Shown here: positions 35,886 through 46,482 of the stretch, one piece after another
Layout: each line of letters starts with the position of its first letter
Position numbering within the stretch: the first letter of the stretch is position 1
From: Hyaloraphidium curvatum SAG 235-1
Taxonomy: Eukaryota; Fungi; Monoblepharomycota
Length of the DNA: 64,000 nucleotides
Direction of reading: 5' to 3'
Assembly (NCBI GenBank): GCA_025558095.1
Contig: JAIVFI010000023.1
Location: 620,001-684,000, forward strand
Translations under genes and position numbers: made by a program
Notes under the pieces: model-generated
The model's database searches: none
Told to the model about the DNA's origin: nothing
Seen by the model: the letters and a program-made list of their open reading frames with translations, nothing else

Positions 35886-36159
35886 GAAGGGTCCATATAC
35901 AACACGAGTGATTCGAAGGAAAGCCTTGTACTTGGAGGAAAAGACCTCGATCGGAGACGGCGCATGTGCGACTGGCCATACGATCCCGCATTCCAGCATC
36001 TTGATAAGCTCCGCAGCGAGATTGGCGTTCGTCCGGCTTGTCTTTAAAGCAGCGGCCGTGTTTCTGTGTCGAACGAGAGGCGAGAGACGCGGCTTGTTGA
36101 CCAGATTCGCGTCGGCTCTCAATCCTCATCTTCATCTGCGCCTGCACGTCCCGTGCGCG

Positions 36160-37023
36160 ATGGAGGCCACCGGCGCGGCATGTCCGGAAGAGCTCGAAGA
36201 ACCAACGCTCAGCTCGCTGCCCACGGAATTGCTGTACCAGGTCCAAGGATGGCTCCCCCTCGCTCCGCTCTTGCGGTTCGCCGCGACGTCGCGTCGCGCG
36301 CGCCAGAACACCTTCGAGGCGTGCGATCCCTCTCTCTGGCGTGACAAGCTCGATTTCTACGCGTCGCAGTGGGCCGATGGCAACGGGAGCGTACGAGGGC
36401 GCCTGGAGCGCGTCGACGACGCGTGCTTCCTCGGCATCTTGAGCCGCATCGCAACCAAACCGCGATTAGGCATACGGAGCGTTGTCTTGGACTATACGCC
36501 GGTCACTCGGCGCACTTTGGACGCCTTGCTCCAGCTGCTGGACGCTCCGGGTTCCTCCCTGTCGCGGATATCGCTGCACGCCTGTTCCGGCGTGTTCTTT
36601 TCCGAGCTCGAGCTCGCGGACCTTCTCCTGCGACCTATTTTGAAGCTTGGCGTCCTTGGGACCCACTTGATCAGCACGGACACCTACTCGCAGTCCGTCA
36701 TAGAGCTCGTTGATGGGTTCCAGCTGAACCACCCCACGGGACCAATCGACCTGGCACGGTTCGACCATGCGGTCGGCTCCATGTGCCATCCCGCGCTACT
36801 GCTCCCCGCTTGCTCCCTCTGCGGCTCAACGGAACCCAGGAAGCCCCCGCACGTCGAGAGGGACGCCTGCCCCCGTTGTGCGCGCAGAGGGCACGCGTGT
36901 GGAGACAGGTGGCGATGCAAAGTGGGAGGTGGGCGGTGTAGGCGCGCTGGATGCGGCAGGAGGACTGGGTGCGGGTCCTGCGGGGAAGTGGGATGCCTTG
37001 TCCACGGATGGCCGGCGGTGTAG
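36160..37023 (+). CDS. F-box protein with a short LRR region and a Cys-rich C-terminus
   Basis: LSSLPTELLYQVQGWLPLAPLLRFAATSRR; several CxxC pairs at the C-terminus. Confidence 0.75.
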   Translation: MEATGAACPEELEEPTLSSLPTELLYQVQGWLPLAPLLRFAATSRRARQNTFEACDPSLWRDKLDFYASQWADGNGSVRGRLERVDDACFLGILSRIATKPRLGIRSVVLDYTPVTRRTLDALLQLLDAPGSSLSRISLHACSGVFFSELELADLLLRPILKLGVLGTHLISTDTYSQSVIELVDGFQLNHPTGPIDLARFDHAVGSMCHPALLLPACSLCGSTEPRKPPHVERDACPRCARRGHACGDRWRCKVGGGRCRRAGCGRRTGCGSCGEVGCLVHGWPAV

Positions 37024-37283
37024 CCTGTCGAAGGATGACGCAAAGGTTAATCGAACAGAGGTCTTTCATCTCTCGTTATGCACTAGAATTCCATCTACCA
37101 GGACTTCTGAACTTGTGTGAGAATGTCAGTTGCGTGACGCCTTCAACTCCACCCCGCGAGCACAGCACGAGCAACTGCCCCACAGCGTCTCCACCGGCCT
37201 CGCTTCGACGTGAAACGCGTCCCTGGTACCCTTCTCTGTCGTCGGAAGCAGCAGGAACTCCCTGTGCCGGGTCGGAGTCCGGA

Positions 37284-40200
37284 ATGCCGAGCTCCGACGA
37301 AGCTCCGGCGGCGAGCACGCGCTGGCCAGTCGACCGCTTTCCTTCTCTCCCGAGGTCGGAGGCGGACCTGAAAGCGATTCTCCGGGATGAGAACTACGCT
37401 GGCAGGCTGAGCTTGGCCTCGAAGCTGGGCTTGGAGGTGGGTCCGGGCCCTGAACCTCGCTTCGTTGGCCCTGAAGTCACCTTCGGCCGCGCAGTTCCGC
37501 AATGACCCCTCGTTGCTGCATTCGCACCTCATTCCCCTGCTCAATGACCTCTTGGCCACAAGTCTATTGCCCGACACCGTGCCTCTCCTGCAGCGGGCGG
37601 ACCCTGCCGCGCCGACAGAAGCCGAAGACGACGGATTCGTCCTCGCCGAAGCCGAAACCAAGAAGGAGGACGCTGGCCCGCGTGTGGTGCAGACCAAGCT
37701 CCGGCATCCGCAGACCAACGCGTCGCTGAGGTTCCATGAGCGCGAGCTGGGCATCACCGTGCTCTCGATGAGCCTCCCCGAGCGACCGGCGCCGGAGCTC
37801 GCCGACATCGTGCTGCGGGAGCTGCACCACCCGAGCATGACGGCCAAGGCTCGAGTCGTCGGGGCTCTGGTTTCGATTTCGGGCTCGGTGGACCCGGAAA
37901 GACTGAAACTCGCGTTCGACGAGTGCGTTCCGCGAGTTCGCCGAATGTGCGTGGAAGCCCTGCGTTCCGCCTCCAAGTGGTCCGTTCTGGACGCGGTCGA
38001 GCCGAAAGCGGATGGCAGCTCCTGGAACGTGAGTTTCTGACCCTTCGTCGTGCCGTTGGGTAGCTCACAATGCCCACGTCAGGCGGCGCCGGTCATCCGA
38101 GGTGTTCCTTTGCTGGTCCAGCTCCGCGAAGCTCTCTCTGCGGCATCCTCCTCTTCGGACCCGAAAGCACTCGATGCCGCCTGGGCCGAATTTGACTTGC
38201 TCCGAGCCGCAAACGACAAGGACAGGCGGTCGGCCGGGGTCTTTCCATTCCCCATTTCAAGGCACCTGGTGGATCCAGCGATCGTCACAGATCCTGCCAC
38301 GAAGCCGTTCCCTGTGGAGCTCCTCGACATTGCGCTCGAGCACCTCCCGCGCAGGACCATCTCCGTCGTTTCGGGCACCGTCAATGACGCGTCGGCTCCC
38401 CGCAAAGCCTTCGAATTTTGCCTCCTTCCGAGCCTCGTGGAGGCCTACCTCCCCCTCTTGGTTAGGAGTGATCCCCTGCGCACTTCAGAACTGATTTGCC
38501 GGACCATGATTCGCGCTGTCCCGACGCCGCCGGACGCGACGCCGCTTTCGGTGAGCCGAAAGGATCTGAACCTGGCCATTGACGTTCCGGAGGGCTTTGT
38601 TGGCAATGCCAAGAGCGACAACTTCTGGAAGCGGCGCACCGCGGCCGAACTTAAGGCGCTCGACGAGCTCGAAGCGTCTGGCGAGGACGCGAGCGGGACG
38701 GCGAAACTGGGGGACGCTTCGGGCACCCTGGGACTCAAGCGGGTTCTGTTGGCAGCACTGGACGCCGGACGCGAACGTCACGGGCTGCTGCGCTCCGGGG
38801 CCCTCGAGCACGACGACCTGATCAGGTTGCTCTCGTGCATGAGGGGGCGCGACATCCTGGATGTCATTGAGCACGCCGAGCAGACGCTATCGAGGCTCGC
38901 CGCTCAGGACGGCCGGCCCGCGAGCTGGTCGCACTTGATAGGCTTTTTCTCCGCGTCGCTGGAAGTCCTCGCTCCGCGCCTGCTGGGGACGTCCAAGTTC
39001 GGCAGGACGGAGGGCCGTGGGTTCTTCTCCAATCTCTGCCGCCGGGTTGCTTCGTGGATGCTGGGAGACGATTCGATTGCCATGCTGCGAAAGGAGGTGT
39101 CCTCGGAAGCCAACTCCGGGTCGCCGACCGACCGCGACCCGAAGATGCGCTCCAAGTTCGCCTCCCTTTGCTGGAGCAGGATTGACGGATCAGTCTTGGG
39201 TCCGATCTTGTCTACCTTCGGGAATGGGAGGGAGCGCTACCCTGCCGTTGTTCAGTCTGTGTTCGCGAGACTGCTGGAGCTCCACCGGAGGGACACGGCT
39301 TCGGGCATCTCGAGCTCCGCCCTCCCGAACGCAATGCCTCGGATCCTACGCGCCCTGGCTCCCATTGGACAGGGCGTCTACGCCCGATCCGACATGGTTT
39401 TGGCGAACGACGCGGGCCTGGAAGCCGTCGATGCCAGGGAACCTTGGAGCAATGCCGAGGCTTTCGAGTTCGCCAAGAATGTCCGACCCATGGCAGCTGG
39501 TGCGGAGTCGCTAATCGACAACTTGGAATGGTGGACACAGCTGTCGAAAGACCTCGTGCTCGATCAGAGGCTCGGGCTTTTCGGATCTGCAGACCTTCTC
39601 GGTTTGCCCGCGTTGTTTCATGTCGACATTGCGAAGGGTCGCCAGCGCCCCGCATGGCGTGATACCGTCGTGAACGTGCTGGAGATGGCAGACGGCGATC
39701 GGCCCGCGCAGACCCGGGTCGCGGAGGCCTGGCTCGCAGGGAGGGAGGTTTCAGAGATGGGTGGCCTCGGCGCCGTTTCTGACATCGCAAGGTAGGAAAT
39801 CGTCCACCTTTTGTTGGTCTGCTGACTCTATCGTGATCCCTTCCAGCTATCTGGACATCTCCAAGGCTCAGAACCGCAGCTACATCGCGACAACCTTCTT
39901 CGCCTCTCGATCCTTCGAGGACCGAATCCTCGGCATCTGGGCGCTCCTCCGTGCAACATATAGGGCGTCGAATCCCGTCGAGACGGCGGCCACGCTGCAG
40001 TTCCTCATCCCCAAGCTTCGCAACGAGATCCAGCCGAACCTCGTCCGGGTGCCACCTGCCTTCTACCTGGACTCGGTAGCTTCGGTTCAGATTCTCGCTT
40101 CCCACCGGACCGTGGCGGGCGTGTATCTGCCCGATCTCTGGTTTCCACGGGCTGCGTCGCGCGAGGAGCAGACCCAGCTGGCGAAGCTCTGGCTCGAGAT

Positions 40201-43200
40201 CGACGCCAACAACCTGAGTGCCGTGACCGTGGTGCCCAACATCCTCAGCCTGCTTGTGGACGTGGCATCCAGCTGCCTTTCTTGGTGCCTTGGCGCCGGC
40301 GAGGACGGGGTCGTGGCTTGGAACTTTGTGCTAGAGCTCCTCTGGCGTCGCGCCGTTCACGCGGTCGGGACCTCAAGAGCGCCAGAACGGTTCCGGTCGC
40401 TCCTGCGATCGAGCTTGTTGGCCGCGGCGGCCAAGGACATCGAGCCGTCGGGCCTCGCATCTCGTATGGAACGCGACGAGCCCAGGTTGCTGGACACTCT
40501 GCGGCAGCAAAGCAGAAAGGCTGTGCATGAGGGCTCAGAGGGACATTGGGGGCTCTGCATCATCCATGAAGGATCCGAGGCCGCGTTCGTGGACCTGCTG
40601 GTAGAAGCAGTCCGCGACCACTACTCTGCCGCGGGAACCACGGCCTTCAAGGACTCGTACGACTACTACGAGCTCATGTACTACTGCTTTTTCGATTTCC
40701 TCGGGACGAGATGGTCGCGGGTCCCAGCGATGGTCGAGTTTCTCTCCGAGCGGCTTAACGTGCTGCGTTCCGCGCCTCTGGTCGTCGACGTGCCGGATCA
40801 GATCCTGGATTGGGAGAAGCTCGTCGACTCGATTCAGGACGCCGGCGAAGACAACGCCATAGTGGATACGCCGGCCTTCCTCTCTCGCCTGGTTGACATG
40901 TACCAGGACTCTTTCCTCGCCGCGACGCCGCCGGCCTGGTACACGGACTACTCGGACCTCCGCCTTCGGTCCTCGTTCGCAATTGAGGAGGCTGATCGGC
41001 GTCTAGACAGGCGCTGCAAGACGGCGGATGGGAAGATCGACCTGAAGAAGCAGGCGTCGTTTGTTCAGCAGCTCCTCGAGCTGTCTCCGTCCGCCGTGCA
41101 CCTGCCTTTCGTGTCGTCGACTCTCCTCGAATCACGTCAAGACCTTCTGAAGGTGGTTTTCGGGCACGAGGTTCCTTCCCCGTAGCTGACTTTATGCGGT
41201 TTCAGGATTCGTTCCTCACGGCTCAGGAAGGCTTCCGCGGCCTCTTCAATCCCATCAAGTCGTCTGCTAGCAATCCGCCGCCGACTTTCAAACCCACGTT
41301 CCCCACGCGCCTGTCGCCCGAGCAGAATCTGTTGCTTTCCAAAGTGTACCTCGCCAACACCCGGGATCCGGACCTGCGCCAGAGCACGAGAGTGAAAGCT
41401 GTCGAGAGCTACACCAAGCTGCCCACGACCACGATCCACGAGCTTGCGGCCTTGCTTTCGGATACAAGCCTTCCGCAACGTGTCGTGGAAGCCATCCTCA
41501 TGTTCCTCCCGTCCTTGGTGAGTTGGTCTGCCGTCGACTCGCGTACCTTGGTCTGACGCAGTCGCACAAGGACGAGCCTGCTGTCGGGATCCAGATCCTC
41601 CTCTCACGATACTACCTGGATTCGGATCTAGCGCGGACCGCCATCCACGTGGTCAAGGGCGCGCTGGATACCCTGCCGTATGCGGAAATTCCCGCCCTCA
41701 TCATGGAGTGCTTCAACGCCGGGGATCGGCCGCCCAAGATCGCCGTGCAGAAGGAGCTGTTCCGGTTGGTCAAGGACTATATGCACTTTCCAGAAACGCT
41801 GCAGTTCGTCCTCGACGTCTGGGGCAGGGAAAAGCTGCACAGGGACGTGCGGATCGTGCTGCTTCAGACCATGATCTCCCTGCTCAACCACGATTCCGCT
41901 GCCGTTCGGGATGCCGCATGGTCGATGGTCGGTGATGCCATCGCCAAGCCGGCCCTCATCCGCTCCAACATCTCCCTGGTTCTCTGCGCCGTGAGCCCGG
42001 CCATTCCCAACTTGGACGAGAGGACGGTGCCGAACCCCAGCGGCAACGAGAACTACAGGAACCAGATCCGCGGGCTTCCTGCCAACCCGACGCTCTCGGA
42101 GCTCGCGAATCAGGAAATCTCCGGGGCCGCCAACGTCGCTCGCTGGGCCACCGAGGTGCTCGCACCGCTCACCCTGCTTCCCGTGCCGGAGAAGGAAGAG
42201 GATGCTGCTCTCCACCAGGCAGTCGTCGCCATTCGGTTTGCGGCCCTCCTAGCGCTGATCAACAACGGTCTTTGGTTCGCGGACCCTACCGCAGCAGAGT
42301 CGCTCGCGGCCTCGTTCGCCTCCGCGGCAATCGAGCACGCGTTAGACGAGACAACGGCCGGCCAAACCCGCTTCACCTGCTTCGTCTACCTGGTGGCCCA
42401 GTGCGTATCGTGGATGCCGGGCCCGACAGCGCCGCAGGCATCAATGCGCGAGCTGGCGAAGATCGTGGACCACTTGTCGGCGGCCGTGTCCTCGAGCAAC
42501 CCGCGGACGCGCCGTCTCGCGATCCAGCAGCTGGAGCGGCTCAACCTCGAGGCCAACTTCCTCTTCCTCGGAGGTCCCGAAGTAGAGCGAAGGACGGCAG
42601 GCTTGGACAAGTTGGACCTGGTCAGCGGGCTCGGCGACATGTTCTGGAGGATCAAGCACGATCGCCGGATGAACTACATCCGGCGCAAGGAGCTCACAGC
42701 CGGCAGCTCCATCTCCTCGGCCAAAGCAGCGGACCTCTGCTTCGACGTGCTCCGTTCCCTCGCGAGCCCCCCCGCAAGCCTCGAATCTTCGTGGCGCACC
42801 TTCCTCATCTCCCAGACAACCACCCTCTTTTCCGTCCTGCGCACTCCGGAAGCCCGAACGAAGCTGGCCGTCAAGCTCCTGGAGGCGGCCCCCGACGTCC
42901 CTGCTGAAGACCTCGCCGAACTGCGCTTCGAGCTCCTCACCCTACCCGACCTCCGGTCCTCCCTCCCCCCCACCGACCTCGCGCAGCGCCTGACATCCGC
43001 GCTGGAGCACTTCGGCCTCCCCGCCGGCGAGCCCCCTTCCCCGCGTGCGGCGATCTACCTCGCTTCCAACGCCTCGCGGTTCGCCCCGCTCGTCGCCGCC
43101 GCCCACGCGGCAAACCTCCCGCAGCAACCCACTCTCGAGGACCACGACGCCGTCCCGCTCGACCTCATCGAGGGCATCCTCGCGGGCGCTTCGCGGTCGC

Positions 43201-44126
43201 CCGCCCACGGCAAGGTCGCGTGGGACCTCCTCCTTGCCGCGCCCGAGGCGTGCTTCTTCCTCGCCGGGCGCGCGGCCTGCGCGATGATCGCCGCTGCCGT
43301 GCGCGAGCTGGAGAACCCGGCCGAAGCGGCACAGGGGCAGGTGCTCCGCGCCGCCGTTGCGCTGCTGGAGTTTGCCAGGCGGGCGGAGGTAGAGGGGGCG
43401 ATGGCGGGCAAGTCCAGGGCGGCCAAGGCGAAGGAAGTCGGGAAGGGGGCCTGCACGCCGACGGGGGCGCTGCTGATCGGGTGCGTGGCGGCCGGGGCGT
43501 TGGCGGAGGCCGATCCGGCGGCGTGGTACGTGCCTGGCAGGGACAACGGAGAAGGCGGGGCGGGAATCGTGAAAGGGGCGGTGTCGGTCGATGATCTGGA
43601 GGAGCGGATGGTGGAGTATTGGGGCTCCAACGACCCGGATGAGTCGCTCAGGACGGCTTTGCCGCGCGAGGCCGACGAGGAACCCGGGCCGGTCGAGATG
43701 GAAGCGTGGAACAAGCTCGCCGCCGCCCTGCTCGCGCGCGCCCCCGGGCACCTGCTCCTCAACACGGGCCTGTTGCCACTGGCGGGCTATGCGATGCTGG
43801 CGTCCTCGCTGACGCTGAACGGGTGGGAAGGGTGGGAAGCGCCGCAGCAGCTGGGGCTCGACCTCGTGCGGACGGCGTCCGAGAGGGCAAAAGATCGCGG
43901 GGACCGCGGGGCGGCCGACCAGGCGGTGACCGCGCTCGGGTACTGGGTGGAGAACGTGGCGGGCAAGGCGTCGAGGCCAGGGGCCGGCAGGATCCCCGCC
44001 GAAGAGGCGAACGAGATCCTCGCCGGTGCCGCGGATCTGCTCGAGGAGCTGGCGCGGGATTCGAGCCCGAGCGTGAGGCGCAAAGCGGCAATGATCTTGC
44101 TCGAGGTCGCCCCGCGCCAGCCGTGA
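37284..44126 (+). CDS. Very large (about 2100 aa) uncharacterised alpha-solenoid (HEAT/ARM-like) protein, multi-exon
   Basis: Consecutive long ORFs (37465-38040, 38050-39795, 39761-41185, 41194-41556, 41523-44126) are linked by short GT-AG introns. The sequence is Leu/Ala-rich and helical. Confidence 0.65.
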
Positions 44127-44302
44127 TCCTGATACGCGTCGAGGAGGGCGATGGGTTGGGCGGAACGAGTGGGCGGCAATGGTGCCTATCAAGATTAGTG
44201 TATTCCATGGCGACTCCGGGCAGCGGAGAGGGTGGCTATGTACAAGCCGAGGTCGCGGAAATCAGACTCGTCCCGTGGTGATCATCCCCAAGAGCGTCGG
44301 CC

Positions 44303-45088
44303 TCAGATGACGTGCGACTTTTGAAACTTGCCCGCCCTCATGATGATGACGGGGTACTCGCAGTGCGTGAGCACATGGCTCGACACCGAGCCGAGGAAGA
44401 GGCCTGGAAGGAAGAGGGATCAGAGCCGCCGCTCCCGCAGCGCGTCGACCCCACCCGTGATGTTCCCCTTGGAATGCGACCCCACGACCACGAGGTCCGG
44501 CTTCATCTCCTTCGCCTTCTCCACCACGGCCTCCCCAGGCCCCGGCGCGAACTCGAGCGAGCCCGACACGGCGGCCTTCTTGCCCAGCAGCCCCAGGCGC
44601 TCCTTGCATTGGTTCAGCAGGTCCTCCAGGGAGGTCTGGGCGGCCATGTACAGGTTCCTCTTGGTTTCTTCGTCTTCCAGTGTAAACGCCATCAGTTCTG
44701 CGCGAGGCAGCGGGCGTTCAGTCCGTGTTGGGAGCCCATGAGGGTGCCGGAAGATGCCCACCGGGGTCGACGATGACGGGCTCAATGAGCGCCGAGTAGA
44801 TGTGGATCCGCTGCTGCTCCTCGGAGAGGTCGGGTTTGAGCAGGTGCTCCAGGACCTGCGCGGGCGGGTTATCGGGGCCCCGGCGGGGAGTCGCACGCCC
44901 GGCGCACCCAGTGAATGGCGTCTTTGGACACGTCGGAAAAGTCTGTTGCAATCTGAGAGGGCGGAGACGGTCGGCGGACCGCGGGAGGGGCCGTCGGGGA
45001 GGGCACCCGCCAGGATGTTGTTCGGCGCGCTGAAGCCGGATGGCGCGGCCTTCGTGTCGGCCGACGCCTTCGGCGAGACCTCCGTCAT
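44303..45088 (-). CDS. Universal stress protein (UspA family)
   Basis: PGEAVVEKAKEMKPDLVVVGSHSKG, then after splicing LFLGSVSSHVLTHCEYPVII. Confidence 0.88.
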
Positions 45089-45246
45089 GGCTGCGGAATG
45101 AGCGGTGCTTTGACGGCGGATATGAGGAACAGTGTGTGTTGTGTGCGTGAGTCAGAAAGGGGACCGGCGCGGCCACGCGTCCGGATGCTTCAGCGCTCCG
45201 GTTGTGAACAGATGGCCATCCCCGATCTGTTCTCGCGAAACCGAAT

Positions 45247-46326
45247 CTACACACTGTCGAAGAAGGATCTATCGTCCCGGCCGAGGATGTGCTCGACCCC
45301 GGGGTAGCTGCCGCCGAGAGCGGTCTCGCGGTCAATGTAGACCACGTCGATGGCGAATCGCCCTTCGTCCTCGGTGATTGCAAAGGAGACGTAGGGCTTT
45401 GGGAGCACCACCTTGATGAAGTGACATTGTTCCCCCTCGCGAACCTTGTCGTCGAAGTACGAGCCCTGATTCGTGTCCCTGTCAAGTCCAATCTCGGGGA
45501 TACGGGTGTCATCGAGCACGAAACTGAGCACATGTTGCAAGATATCCTGCCCGCGGAAAAGGGTGTGGTGCCGGAAAAAGCTGTACTTCCATTTCAGCCC
45601 AAGCTCCTTCGCTTTGAGCGCCATCCAGAAAGCTCGTTCGGCCCGGTCGTCTGGGCATGTGGCCACGCGCTCCATCGAGTCCGTCTGCTTCGCGGTGACC
45701 GTTTCGTCCGAACCGTACTGCCCGTTCCAGTTCGTTTTGACTGTGTACTCCAGCACGATCGAGGACGGAGACTGGATGAGGAAATCCGGGGCCAGGCGGG
45801 CTAGCTTCGACTTCTGCAAGGCGGCGGAGGCGAACTCTTCGAGGTCGAGGAATTTCAGAGCTTGCTCAAAGTCGTAGACGGGGCGGCGCGGAAGCAGGGG
45901 TGGGATCGAGCCGGGCTTCAAAGGGATGAAATCGTCCGGCAGCCCGTAGAAGTCGGCGTCCGCGCGGAGCCGGGAGCGCTCCGCGTACGACAGCTCGTCC
46001 TGCCACTATTGCCACGACGGCCCGTTGTACCCGTGCAGGTAGAGATCGACGTGCGAATCGAACAGCTTCGCGCTGCGGTCCAGCGTGTAGACTGGCGGAA
46101 GCGCCTGCTTGCCCTCGTTCAGCCCGCCGGGTCCGAAGTGGTGCGCAAAGATGGAGCCGGGAGCACGCACGACGATGGCAGCTCTGAGGTACTGGAACTC
46201 GCGCGGGTCCTTGCCGACGAAGCGGACGGTGACGAGGTCGTCGGCCGGAGCGAGCTTCGGCGCGGCGGCGGGCCCATTGGCGGGGCCGTCGTCGGTGCGG
46301 GCGCGCTTGGAAGGCGTTTCGGTCAT
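45247..46326 (-). pseudogene. KCTD-type BTB/POZ protein with an unknown C-terminal domain and one in-frame TAG
   Basis: LDRSAKLFDSHVDLYLHG...LRADADFYGLP. A TAG at 46006-46008 lies between two in-frame ORFs. Paralogue at 56127-57162. Confidence 0.7.
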
Positions 46327-46482
46327 TTTTGGCTGTACGGAGGAGCGGGAAGAGTTTTGCGGCGGCGCGAGAAGCGGTTTCGAAGCTGGACGAAACTGAG
46401 GCGTCCGTCCCATCACATCCGCTGCTCAACTTCTCTTGAGCTGGACCACCACTTTCGTCACTGATAAGGCGAGCACTACATT

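Noticed and set aside
17772-46326. Stop-codon reassignment suggested by in-frame TAA (18191) and TAG (46006)
   Set aside because: Other genes in the window terminate at TAG (19493, 26087) and TAA (35885). The affected families also carry frameshifts, so pseudogenisation is simpler.
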